A stretch of 45,532 nucleotides of DNA from IMG/VR virus record IMGVR_UViG_3300044455_000078, positions 1 through 45,532 of that record; one strand, given 5' to 3'. The translations under genes were made by a program, and so were the position numbers. A model generated the notes under the pieces. It was not told the origin of the DNA, searched no databases, and was given only the letters and a program-made list of their open reading frames with translations. Source of the stretch: a virus. Its lineage: Duplodnaviria; Caudoviricetes. Shown in pieces: positions 1 to 9,045 of the stretch (positions within the stretch are counted from its first letter, which is position 1; the number at the start of each line of letters is the position of its first letter).

Positions 1-185
1 TCGCGCCGGCCACATTGGCAAAGACGAGACTCCCGTTGCTCGACGCATCATTTTCAATGGCCTGAATCCACAAGCCAAACTGCGATGTTTTGGAGAAATC
101 GAGGCGCACGCCGATATTGCTTTGGGCCGCCACTTGCACGCCGAGCGTATTCACCCGCGTGAGTCCCCCCAACCGTGCTGGCACA
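1..185. repeat. Terminal direct repeat / assembly overlap (left copy)
   Basis: Identical to 45348-45532 except T58 vs C45405; lies inside a continuous reading frame, consistent with a circular or permuted assembly. Confidence 0.95.
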
Positions 186-1525
186 AACACCTCGAAGCCC
201 GTCGTGGGGGTGCCCCCGATGCCGACGTTGCCGCCACTCTGGGTGATCGGTCCCACCACCGTTAAGTCCAGGGTCGCGAGCGAGGCCAGACCAGCAATCG
301 TCCCCCCCGTAATCGCCACCGCGTTCGCGTTCTGCGTTGCTATAGTACCGAGTCCAAGCGTTGTTCTCTGTGCTGCTGCATCAGCATCATCAAGCAACGC
401 GAGCCCAGCACTCGTCACGACGACTTCTGAAGTTAAGCCAGTATGTGCAGACGCAACTAAATACTGCGCATCATTAGGTGCTCCACCATCTGCAGGAGTT
501 GAAGCACGTGTACCTGCAAGTGATATACCCAAACTTGCAAGTGTTGCGTCAGCGGACGCAGGAGCTGTAAGCGTCATTACATCACCTACATCAAAACTTG
601 TATTAGTTGCCATTGTAAAAGTAGCATTCGTTGCACCAGCAGCAAAGTTAATACTTCCAACACCAGTGCTATTCTTAGCAATTACAATAGCAACAGCTCC
701 AGTTGCTGCTACTGCTGCACGGCCTTGACTGCTTGTTAAGCCAGCAGGAAATATAACTGCACGTGGAAAAGGATATCTAAGTATTACTTGAGATGCTGGT
801 AACGTTCCACTCCAAGTAGTACCTAAATCATATGCAGTACTGCTAGTACCTATTATAGCAGGTGTAGTCCAAGTACCAGTTCCATCGAGATATTGTGCAG
901 CATTATTTGGTGCCTTAGGAACAAGTCCGTGTCGAGCAGTGTTTACATTCTGAGTTGTGATATCACTGAGCACCATTTTCGTCTCAGTAATACTAGCATC
1001 TTTCACATCAGCAGTTATTATATTAGCAGCGTCATTATACGTAAAGTCAATAGTAGTTGTATCTGTTAGAATAGTTCCTACAGCATCTTGCGCTTGCTCA
1101 TTATCATAACTTGTTCCTGTAGGTGGAACAATCCACGTACCATCACCACGTAGATATGTACCAGTATCACCAGAGAGCTTCGGCAACAATCCGTGTGCAG
1201 AAACGCTTGAGTTCTTGGTAGCGTTATCACTGAAGCTAAACATTGGTTCAGTAATACTATTATCCTTGACAAATCCACTAATTGAATTAGTTGCATCATT
1301 ATAGAGAAAGTCAATAGTTGCAGAATCCAAAAGGATTCCACCTACTGCATCTTGTGCTTGTTCATCGGTGTAATTATCAGTACCGCCACCCGTGCTGGAA
1401 ATAGTAAGCACATTTGCCACGTCATCGTAATTCAGTATGACATTTTCGCCAGCATTGAGTACTGTAGCAACACGATCATCTATCACCTCTGGTGAAAGAG
1501 GCATTGGTTGAGATAAAAATTGCAT
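1..1525 (-). CDS. Tail fibre protein, N-terminal part (missed by the ORF track; continues across the junction into 45347-45001; 623 aa in total)
   Basis: ATG at 1525 (MQFLSQPMPLSPEVIDD...) stays open to position 1 and is in frame with 45001..45531. Contains two ~88-aa repeats (Y.[DN]EQAQDAVG.IL.D..TIDF.YND...YL.G.GTW..P) and an RTTLGLGTIATQNANAVAITGG motif typical of fibres. Confidence 0.85.
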   Translation of the reverse strand, partial: MQFLSQPMPLSPEVIDDRVATVLNAGENVILNYDDVANVLTISSTGGGTDNYTDEQAQDAVGGILLDSATIDFLYNDATNSISGFVKDNSITEPMFSFSDNATKNSSVSAHGLLPKLSGDTGTYLRGDGTWIVPPTGTSYDNEQAQDAVGTILTDTTTIDFTYNDAANIITADVKDASITETKMVLSDITTQNVNTARHGLVPKAPNNAAQYLDGTGTWTTPAIIGTSSTAYDLGTTWSGTLPASQVILRYPFPRAVIFPAGLTSSQGRAAVAATGAVAIVIAKNSTGVGSINFAAGATNATFTMATNTSFDVGDVMTLTAPASADATLASLGISLAGTRASTPADGGAPNDAQYLVASAHTGLTSEVVVTSAGLALLDDADAAAQRTTLGLGTIATQNANAVAITGGTIAGLASLATLDLTVVGPITQSGGNVGIGGTPTTGFEVFVPARLGGLTRVNTLGVQVAAQSNIGVRLDFSKTSQFGLWIQAIENDASSNGSLVFANVAGA

Positions 1526-1534
1526 AGTAAATTC

Positions 1535-2431
1535 CTACTGTAAGAAACTAGCACCAAGTCCAAGTACTGCACCTACTCCAGCACCAATTGGGTTACCTCC
1601 ACTTAATGCTAATCCGGCTGCAGCACCACTAACTGCGCCACCTATTGCACTTACAGCTTGTGAGGGCTTATTCTTTTGCTGTGCTGCGGCAGCGCCATTA
1701 AGTGCACCTACCATTGCACGCGGCTCATCAAATAAGTTCATATTCCACATCTTATCGGCAGCTGCATATTCCATCTGTTTAGTGTCTACGTCCAAACGGG
1801 TAGCATAATACAACTTTGTCATTTCTAGGTATATAGAAATTACGCTTTTGTCCCAATCTAAATGCGTACGCCACAATTGTGAACTAAGCTCAATAGCACT
1901 AAGACGCAGTCTTGATTGAAACTCGTTCATTGTTCGTACTTGTCCATCAGCAATTATTGCTTTACCTATTACAAAAGTTGTAGATTGAATAGCGTTAATA
2001 TCACGCATGCCAGCAAGAAATGGAGGTAAGACTTTTGTTTTAACTTCGTTATCAAGTAATTCAGCTTGAGCACTCACTGCAGCAGCAATTTCAGGACCAT
2101 GAACTGCGTCTTCGTATACGTCTGCCCAAAGCACATGCACATCAAGTCCAGCCATGAACTTACCAAACATATCGTACAAAGATGGAAAGTTTCGTATTTC
2201 GTAAGTTTTATCAGGATTACCTGGTACTCTCCCAAAGAATGCGTCATCGATATCGTACTTCTCATAGTCTTTATATGTGCTTTGGTCGAATAAGTCATTT
2301 AATACACGGAATAGACCGTACTTTGGAATTACGCCTCCTGATTCGTCCATTAAACGCTTGTGTGCTTGCTCAATGTGAGGAGCATATCTGATAGTTTGCG
2401 TTCCACTGCCTCCCATTATAGTAATCTCCAT
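1535..2431 (-). CDS. Putative internal virion / DNA ejection protein
   Basis: 298 aa with a C-terminal glycine-zipper-like segment (GGAVSGAAAGLALSGGNPIGAGVGAVLGLG); follows the GNAT-like gene as in podovirus tail modules. Confidence 0.55.
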   Translation of the reverse strand: MEITIMGGSGTQTIRYAPHIEQAHKRLMDESGGVIPKYGLFRVLNDLFDQSTYKDYEKYDIDDAFFGRVPGNPDKTYEIRNFPSLYDMFGKFMAGLDVHVLWADVYEDAVHGPEIAAAVSAQAELLDNEVKTKVLPPFLAGMRDINAIQSTTFVIGKAIIADGQVRTMNEFQSRLRLSAIELSSQLWRTHLDWDKSVISIYLEMTKLYYATRLDVDTKQMEYAAADKMWNMNLFDEPRAMVGALNGAAAAQQKNKPSQAVSAIGGAVSGAAAGLALSGGNPIGAGVGAVLGLGASFLQ

Positions 2432-2460
2432 GTACTTTATAAAATCGTTGTGGTTAGATT

Positions 2461-2892
2461 TTAACCACAGTTCAATAAATACTCAGTTTTGTGAGAAACA
2501 AATCCTACCATCTCTAATAAGCGCACTGCACGCGAGTGATTAGTTAAGGCTCTAATCTGCTTACAGCCACTGGCGATGGCAAAGTGCTTAACATATTCTG
2601 TAGCATCACGTGCAAGTTCCTCACTTAGTGTATCGTAGCTGCAGAACGCGTCCACATGCAAGCATTTTATACCTGTCAAATTCTCCTCTAATATACACGT
2701 TATACCCATAGCACATGGAACATTCTCTTCATTAAAGATGAGCCAGCATTGATGAGTGCCACTTAATAGTGCAGCAAGTAGCGATTGTGTATACTCACCA
2801 GTCAGCCCGTCGATCTCCATAGCTGTAGTTGCACCGTACTTAATTTGCTCCCAATGTTCACTGATTTGGTCCGGTTGTAGTTGTAGTATCAC
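2461..2892 (-). CDS. GNAT-fold-like virion-associated protein
   Basis: 143 aa; VKHFAIASGCKQIRALTNHSRAVRLLEMVGF resembles the C-terminal motif of GNAT acetyltransferases; position after the nozzle-like gene. Confidence 0.55.
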   Translation of the reverse strand: MILQLQPDQISEHWEQIKYGATTAMEIDGLTGEYTQSLLAALLSGTHQCWLIFNEENVPCAMGITCILEENLTGIKCLHVDAFCSYDTLSEELARDATEYVKHFAIASGCKQIRALTNHSRAVRLLEMVGFVSHKTEYLLNCG

Positions 2893-3988
2893 GTGTCACA
2901 CTCCCTGCAAAGGCACTTGTTTCTAAGTTACGTACCAGTGCACTTCTACTAAAGCGCTGGTCAGTTGTTTTGAAGCTTATATTTAAATAGTCAACATCAC
3001 ATGCTGCTATATGACGTGAGCGCACTTTAATGCGAAACTCAATACCCGCACAAGCAAGGTATGCTGTTGCCTCTTTATTCAACCGTACCCAATGAGTGCA
3101 ACGAAAGACTTCCTTGATGTCAAAGCGATAATCATAGGCAATTTCTAGCCACTCTGAAACATCCGTTCCAACTTGAACGTTAGTTATTGTCTTCTGTGAG
3201 CGCCGACCAAAATCAAGTATATCAGTAGTGAATGAAAGTGGCGCGTATTCAATAAGTGATGGAGAACTAATCTGCAACTCGCCACTATTATACACGTACC
3301 CACTAAGCTTTGCATAACCACTTCCTAACTTATCCGCAACAAGAATGAAGCCATTCTCATCATCACTAATTAGTACGTGTTTCGTAAATACATCATAATG
3401 AAGTAAAGGATCCACCAGAATCCTTAAGTGCTCACTGAAGTCGAGATAAGTTAGGCCTTCTGTAGTAAGCTTCCATAATTGATACTTTTTGTCTATTAAG
3501 TAATGAATGTCATCAGTGCCACAAACTGCATCTTTTGAAAGTAATCCAAGAAGTGCCAGGTTATGGAAGCTAAATGTTGCCTGAGCCGGCGCCATTAGTG
3601 TTATTCCATTATCTCCATAAACTACGGCACCACGACCAAGTTGTTTAATTGAGTATACTTGTCCACTCCAATCCATTGGTCTAAAACCAGCATCGTTGGT
3701 TATATCAAGTACAAAACTTGACTCACCTATCTTGCTCCAACCAACCCAGTTTAATCGCTGCGACTCAATTATGCCTTCGGCTTCTAAGCGAAATAAGAGA
3801 CTAATTATGTTACCGCGTGTAATGTTACCTTCAGCTACGCCGCCACGAAGTACAAGTGGAAGTACTATACGTGCATCCACGACTGTTGTAGAAAGTGAGG
3901 CACCACCTATACGAGGTTCTAATGCAATTATACCGTCTTGATAGAGGCATTCAAACGTTACGTTATTAGCAGGCTGTGTCTCACTCAT
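2858..3988 (-). CDS. Putative tail nozzle / DNA stabilisation protein (C-terminal portion)
   Basis: 376 aa, beta-propeller-like (NWVGWSKIG...AVVYGDNGI), ending with FTTDILDFG.RSQKTITNVQV...GIEFRIKV as in podoviral nozzle proteins; inference from pattern and synteny. Confidence 0.55.
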   Translation of the reverse strand: MSETQPANNVTFECLYQDGIIALEPRIGGASLSTTVVDARIVLPLVLRGGVAEGNITRGNIISLLFRLEAEGIIESQRLNWVGWSKIGESSFVLDITNDAGFRPMDWSGQVYSIKQLGRGAVVYGDNGITLMAPAQATFSFHNLALLGLLSKDAVCGTDDIHYLIDKKYQLWKLTTEGLTYLDFSEHLRILVDPLLHYDVFTKHVLISDDENGFILVADKLGSGYAKLSGYVYNSGELQISSPSLIEYAPLSFTTDILDFGRRSQKTITNVQVGTDVSEWLEIAYDYRFDIKEVFRCTHWVRLNKEATAYLACAGIEFRIKVRSRHIAACDVDYLNISFKTTDQRFSRSALVRNLETSAFAGSVTRDTTTTTGPNQ

Positions 3989-4003
3989 AATTATTCGCTA
4001 TGG

Positions 4004-4423
4004 TTAAAGTTCGACCAAAGGATTTGCAATAGTAAACGTTCCACCACTATAAGTTGTAAGTGCAGCACCAAAGTCAATATAACCTACAACTGGCTTACTT
4101 GCAAGTGTATCGTCATAGATCATAGCTCCTTGTGAAACTATATCGCCAGCAGTAGCTAACCATGACGGATTATTCCATGCAGCTACAGTAATGTTAGCAC
4201 CATCATTACGTGTTACTACACCTCCAGCAAGCGTCTGGCCACCGGCAGTATATCCAGCTCCAGTTGCAAGCTCATCTGCTGATACATCTGAATACGTGTC
4301 GTGTGTAGCTCTACTAAATGCAAATCCAGCTTTCATTAATATTGCTTTGAACACGTCCGAACCAAAGTCAATACCAGCTGTCATGAGCAAATACTTACAG
4401 TTGTTTGATGGCAAAGTTGCCAT
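4004..4423 (-). CDS. Putative structural (tail-associated) protein
   Basis: 139 aa; DFGSDVFKAIL...ELATGAGYTAGGQTL...GYIDFG pattern common in phage virion modules. Confidence 0.55.
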   Translation of the reverse strand: MATLPSNNCKYLLMTAGIDFGSDVFKAILMKAGFAFSRATHDTYSDVSADELATGAGYTAGGQTLAGGVVTRNDGANITVAAWNNPSWLATAGDIVSQGAMIYDDTLASKPVVGYIDFGAALTTYSGGTFTIANPLVEL

Positions 4424-4431
4424 ACGTACTC

Positions 4432-6960
4432 CTATAGTTTAGCATATTGTGGCACGAATGGCCAACGCGGGTCATCATTCAAGTTAAGTAATTCCTCATA
4501 AGTCTCGTAATAATTAAGTGGCGTTTTAATCTCTTGCCAACGCTCACCCAGATTACGTGATAATAAAATAGCAACAATATTACCTTCTGAACCATCGACA
4601 CGAAGTTTAGCTTGTGAATACACTGTCATTTGTCCTACGTTATGAATAGTGCAACGATCAGTAAGCGTCTCTAATTGAGGATTAGGCTCCCAACTTATAA
4701 CTACTTGCTCATAATCTACCGTTCTCCAGTCTTGCGCATCAGCAAGATTGTACAATAGCTTGCCCGTTGCTGCGAAATAGATTGAGTATTCATGCAAGTC
4801 ACGAGCCGTGAAGCTAGAACAATTATCAGTGCTATAATAAAAGCGTGTTGTGCTAGGACTTGGACCACCTACTGTCACAAAGAAGCGTCCATTATCTACG
4901 TGAAATCGTAAGCTATGTGGATTGTCTATTACAAGAGTAGTAGATCGAAGTGACCATCCAGTAACGGTACTTGTTCCTGAGTAAATACGTAGTGCATCTA
5001 CAGCAGCATCAACAACTGCTACATACACGGTTCCATCAATCGGATCAATTATTACTGCAGCATCAGTTACATTTCCAGGAAGCGTATATATTAGAGAAAA
5101 TCCTATACCGTAATCATTTGACCCCTGCACTTGCCAGGCAGTTGATGTACGTACAACACATACGACAGTTCCAGTAGATCTTACTGCAACTTTATTACGC
5201 CCGTGCATTTCAAGGGTGCCTGGCCATTCCTTCTGATGCTCTAAGTTTTGTCCAACTACGTAAGTAATCATTCGTGGATTTGAAGTAATCTCGTTATACT
5301 GTTCACCAGCGATGTCGTATGCGTAATTATGAAAGGCATAAACATTACCTGCAATTGCAGCTCCGCCATCCCAGTTACTATGTAGTACATCTTTACGGAA
5401 TATTAAGGTACTCCAAGTATTAGAAGGAATATTATACAGCAACATGTATAACTGATTTGGCCGGTGGCGTCCAGTAATTACGTAAAGTACAGTTGTTCCA
5501 TCAGTTACAATTGTAGGCTCCCAACAATTAGCATCAAAAGACTCTTTTTCACGTGCAGTGTCGCCGCCACCCTTATGCCAATGGCCGCAGGGATCATGAG
5601 CTGATAGTTGAGGTAGCGGCTCACGTATTCGTATAATCTCTACTCCAATACCCGTTGAGCTTACTTGCGCCTCGTACGCAAGCGTGCCATCATAAAGAGT
5701 TGGATTGTATACTTGCAATGGTGAGCACGAACTATCACCAGGCAAATAATTAACTCCCAATTGCCCCCACAAATCTGAGCCCCAACAAAAGAGTCGACAT
5801 TGAGTATCAATACCGCAGTGCGTTATATTACCTACTGAAAAATAAGCGAATTTATGTTCACCTAAAGTAGGAGATGCAACAAATACGGGTTCTTCTCCAG
5901 GACCGTAAACAGCTATATCACAATACGAATCATCTCTACTAATAAAACCTTTTGCTTGTCCCCAGCCCCAAATATTACCTTGATTATCGAGTGCACCAAC
6001 AGCATTCTCGAATGCACTAATATATGTAAAGAAATGTCCACCCGGTATTTTTGTAAGCGTATCAAAATAGTAATCTGGTCCAGGAGCAAATTGCATCAGA
6101 TCACCACGACAGTAAACATCACCATTACTTAATAAAACTACAATACCAGAGTACGTGGCCAACGCTTGTATTATTGTTACTCCTATTGGAATAGTCAAAG
6201 GAATAAGCGTTGGAGTACTCATGACAGGCCATGCGAACTCTCCCCAAGCATATATTTGATCTGATTCTGTTACAACTAAACTATTATTGCCACCAGCACT
6301 TACTATTTTGAGTGGTGTATCAGGTAGTGTCGTTACTTGAATTGGTACAAGCGATTTGTAGCCAGACGCGTATGCTGGCATACCAAACTCGTAACCCCAG
6401 AAGTTTGTGCCCCATACGTACGCACGATTATCTTCTTCAAGTGCTATTATATGATCGTAACCAAGTGCAAAGTCGAGCCATTTTTGGTTGTTTATTTGAG
6501 TAACAAATATTGCCTCATCGCCTCCAGGCTCAAATCGGTCGCGTGCATCTACAATGCTTATATGAGTGTAGTGATCTGTAAGTCCCCAACCACCGCTGCC
6601 ATTTCTACCTTCTCCCCAAGCGTACAAGTAATTATCTTCAGATTGCGCAACAAAGATACGCTCGTAGATTTGAACTTTTTTCCATCCACCAACATTTCCA
6701 ACTTGATATGGATAGACCACCATATCGCCACTGGCACCAGTATCTACTTTCATTGCGCTGTTTGCCAGGTAATTTAAAGTACTAGGTATTGGCTCGGGTA
6801 TTTGTCCAGTATATGAATGAGCTGCAAGGCCCCATGAGTATATTCGTCCCTGATTATCAATAGCTAGCTGATTATCAGAGCCACTAAAGCAATACACAAA
6901 CTTAAATGGTTCAGGTCCTGGTGGTGGGCAGTTGCCATTGTAGAGCATCTTCCAGCTCAT
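4432..6960 (-). CDS. RCC1-repeat / beta-propeller protein, putative receptor-binding
   Basis: 842 aa. N-half has repeated G.(I/L)Y.WG and ALG..H..AL RCC1-like blades; C-half has Asp-box-like motifs (SNDYG, STDNC, SRNLGERW). Confidence 0.75.
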   Translation of the reverse strand: MSWKMLYNGNCPPPGPEPFKFVYCFSGSDNQLAIDNQGRIYSWGLAAHSYTGQIPEPIPSTLNYLANSAMKVDTGASGDMVVYPYQVGNVGGWKKVQIYERIFVAQSEDNYLYAWGEGRNGSGGWGLTDHYTHISIVDARDRFEPGGDEAIFVTQINNQKWLDFALGYDHIIALEEDNRAYVWGTNFWGYEFGMPAYASGYKSLVPIQVTTLPDTPLKIVSAGGNNSLVVTESDQIYAWGEFAWPVMSTPTLIPLTIPIGVTIIQALATYSGIVVLLSNGDVYCRGDLMQFAPGPDYYFDTLTKIPGGHFFTYISAFENAVGALDNQGNIWGWGQAKGFISRDDSYCDIAVYGPGEEPVFVASPTLGEHKFAYFSVGNITHCGIDTQCRLFCWGSDLWGQLGVNYLPGDSSCSPLQVYNPTLYDGTLAYEAQVSSTGIGVEIIRIREPLPQLSAHDPCGHWHKGGGDTAREKESFDANCWEPTIVTDGTTVLYVITGRHRPNQLYMLLYNIPSNTWSTLIFRKDVLHSNWDGGAAIAGNVYAFHNYAYDIAGEQYNEITSNPRMITYVVGQNLEHQKEWPGTLEMHGRNKVAVRSTGTVVCVVRTSTAWQVQGSNDYGIGFSLIYTLPGNVTDAAVIIDPIDGTVYVAVVDAAVDALRIYSGTSTVTGWSLRSTTLVIDNPHSLRFHVDNGRFFVTVGGPSPSTTRFYYSTDNCSSFTARDLHEYSIYFAATGKLLYNLADAQDWRTVDYEQVVISWEPNPQLETLTDRCTIHNVGQMTVYSQAKLRVDGSEGNIVAILLSRNLGERWQEIKTPLNYYETYEELLNLNDDPRWPFVPQYAKL

Positions 6961-7418
6961 AATATGCCTCCTACCAACAGCTGCGAATTAACTTCGCATA
7001 CGCATAAGCAAGGAGGAATCTTACAATCTAAATACTCAGCAAATACACCAGTTAAAGGATCACGAGTAATTAATGAACTGCCATTCGTCAGAACGATATA
7101 CTCTCCAAAATCGGCAACAGACCAACTATTACTAGGCACTGCATTGCACAAGAGTGTAAGTACGCCGTTCTTAAATTCGTAAATGCCACTTTCAGTTGCA
7201 ACAAGTGTCATTCTCCTCAGGTGAAATAGCTGCGGAAATGGCCACTGAGTGTTAAGAACGCTAATCGGTTCAGGAAGTTCTGCTAATGAACTTAGAACAT
7301 TGTCGTAAGGAATAGCGCCGGCTAGCATAACCAGAAACTGATTATTCCGTGGATTGCGCGTATTTGGCCGCAGTCCATTTGCAAAGCCAGCATTATAGGT
7401 AATTGTATATTCCCTCAT
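6957..7418 (-). CDS. Putative tail nozzle N-terminal portion / hypothetical structural protein
   Basis: 153 aa of beta-propeller-like blades (WSVADFGEYIVLTNG, NSQLLVGG); overlaps neighbours by 4 bp. Confidence 0.45.
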   Translation of the reverse strand: MREYTITYNAGFANGLRPNTRNPRNNQFLVMLAGAIPYDNVLSSLAELPEPISVLNTQWPFPQLFHLRRMTLVATESGIYEFKNGVLTLLCNAVPSNSWSVADFGEYIVLTNGSSLITRDPLTGVFAEYLDCKIPPCLCVCEVNSQLLVGGIL

Positions 7419-7762
7419 TTAAGTACGCTCCTAGCTAAACGTACCTGTCTACGTGCAAGTGGAGCTGCTTCCTTTAGAAGTTGTTCTAAGTCAATTTGCG
7501 GTGACTTAAGTTCGAGGCCCTCAATGACACGTGCGACTACATCCTTGTGAGCAACCAAATCGCTATTATCAGCGTAGAACTTGTCAGTTAGATCACGAAG
7601 CATAACTGTTCTACGCACTAAGTTCTGAATTACACCTGGCAAAATGCGGAGCATTTCCTCCACAGCTTTATACACAAGTAATAGCGATAACTCATGTGCA
7701 AGTTCGTAATCGCAACTGCGCTGCTGCCAGGCGTTAAATTCTTCCTCAGTAAACAGTTTCAT
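7415..7762 (-). CDS. Hypothetical protein
   Basis: 115-aa helical ORF tightly packed in the structural operon; its FYADNSDL motif echoes FYEQNEDL in the scaffold protein. Confidence 0.6.
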   Translation of the reverse strand: MKLFTEEEFNAWQQRSCDYELAHELSLLLVYKAVEEMLRILPGVIQNLVRRTVMLRDLTDKFYADNSDLVAHKDVVARVIEGLELKSPQIDLEQLLKEAAPLARRQVRLARSVLK

Positions 7763-7763
7763 A

Positions 7764-8126
7764 TTACCGCTTCTTCTTTTTCTCTTTTGGTGGACCTACC
7801 CATTTATAAGTAGGTGGCCATTCGTTGGGGTGATACCGCAACAAAACATCACCACTTGGACAAAGCGTCACTCCTATAACTAATCCATCGTGTCCATCCA
7901 ATGAGTAAATCCCATGCTCAGTTAGGCACTCTATATTGTTCTCCCATAACTGCTGCTGTTCTTCAGCAATTTGCACCTTACTAAATGTCGTATCAAGTCG
8001 GTACGCCTTATATTGCTGCCATACAGTTGGCACTGCAGCAGCAATTGATGTTGCGAGCGCAGGATAGAGCAATAACCACTGATACCATTTAGTTGGTGTG
8101 TGCTTAGTGGCATCTTGCGCTTCCAT
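7764..8126 (-). CDS. Membrane-anchored hypothetical protein (possibly lysis-related)
   Basis: 120 aa with an N-terminal hydrophobic helix (WYQWLLLYPALATSIAAAVPTVW) and a basic tail. Confidence 0.55.
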   Translation of the reverse strand: MEAQDATKHTPTKWYQWLLLYPALATSIAAAVPTVWQQYKAYRLDTTFSKVQIAEEQQQLWENNIECLTEHGIYSLDGHDGLVIGVTLCPSGDVLLRYHPNEWPPTYKWVGPPKEKKKKR

Positions 8127-8133
8127 AAATTAC

Positions 8134-8316
8134 TCACATCTTGTTACGCTCTTTATATCGCGTAATACGATCTTCGTCAGGATCATAGCCATGTTCGATA
8201 GCATTGAGTAAACGAATCTGTTTTTCAGCTTTTTTCTTAGTGGTTCGTTTAGCTCTAACACCAGAAGGACTTCGCACCTCATAAACACCGTCTTTCTTAC
8301 GTGCTTTGTAAGTCAC
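8134..8316 (-). CDS. Small basic phage protein
   Basis: 60 aa, GTG start after GGAGG; AKRTTKKKAEKQIRLLNAIEHG motif. Confidence 0.6.
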   Translation of the reverse strand: MTYKARKKDGVYEVRSPSGVRAKRTTKKKAEKQIRLLNAIEHGYDPDEDRITRYKERNKM

Positions 8317-8319
8317 AAG

Positions 8320-9030
8320 TTATCCCTCCATCTGTTTAATTGGAAAGGAGATTTGATCTACGTGATCATACTCCAAGCCGAGCATTTCGCTGCGTATTGC
8401 AGTTTCCCAATCAGCTACTCCTTCACGATTACGCTGAGCAATTTCCATTGCACGCATAGCTGCCAGTACTAATATCCAAGAGTGCTCAACTGACCAGAAG
8501 TTTTGGTCCGTGTCATTTACCAGCTGTGCATTATTGAAGTAGCCAACAACTTGTGCAGAGACCTGTTCACCGACAGGTACATCGAACACTACTGCATTGT
8601 AAGGAAAGTTGTCCTCCATAACAATAGTACTCGGTGGGACCGTTAGTTGCCCAGCAACTTCTGGCTGAGTGCGAATTGAGCACGGTGCATAGAAGTGTGG
8701 ACAGCTATCACTCGTTGTGACTTGAGAAAAGCAATGACGCATACGCTCAAGAGAGAGTTGCTTGAGCATACCGACCACACCGTTAGAATAGCTAATCCAC
8801 ACCCCTCTTATTATACGGCACTCAGGCACAAGTACATACCAGGAACCTTGCGATAAAGTGGCATAATAATTGGCTGATGACTTGAGTACCTCAAATGTAC
8901 GATCAAGCCATCGTTGCCCAGACAGTATAAGAAAGTCTGCTCCAGCATCCTGATAAGATTCCGTATCGGTAATGAGGTCATACCGACCACTCAATTCGAT
9001 AAACTTTGTTCTTATCTCTAGTAATGTCAT
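8320..9030 (-). CDS. Putative head-tail adaptor (tail tubular protein A-like)
   Basis: Directly downstream of the capsid gene; MTLLEIR start with GAGGT Shine-Dalgarno; C-terminal NFWSVEHSWILVLAAM helix pattern typical of adaptors. Confidence 0.6.
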   Translation of the reverse strand: MTLLEIRTKFIELSGRYDLITDTESYQDAGADFLILSGQRWLDRTFEVLKSSANYYATLSQGSWYVLVPECRIIRGVWISYSNGVVGMLKQLSLERMRHCFSQVTTSDSCPHFYAPCSIRTQPEVAGQLTVPPSTIVMEDNFPYNAVVFDVPVGEQVSAQVVGYFNNAQLVNDTDQNFWSVEHSWILVLAAMRAMEIAQRNREGVADWETAIRSEMLGLEYDHVDQISFPIKQMEG

Positions 9031-9045
9031 AGCAGACCTCAATCG

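Noticed and set aside
1-185. Diversity-generating retroelement, or true physical terminal repeats
   Set aside because: A single A/G difference, no reverse transcriptase, and the repeat lies mid-gene, so an assembly overlap is more likely.
90-728. 212-aa plus-strand ORF and the many other antisense ORFs in the track
   Set aside because: Shadow frames of real genes on the opposite strand (here the tail fibre); no supporting motifs.
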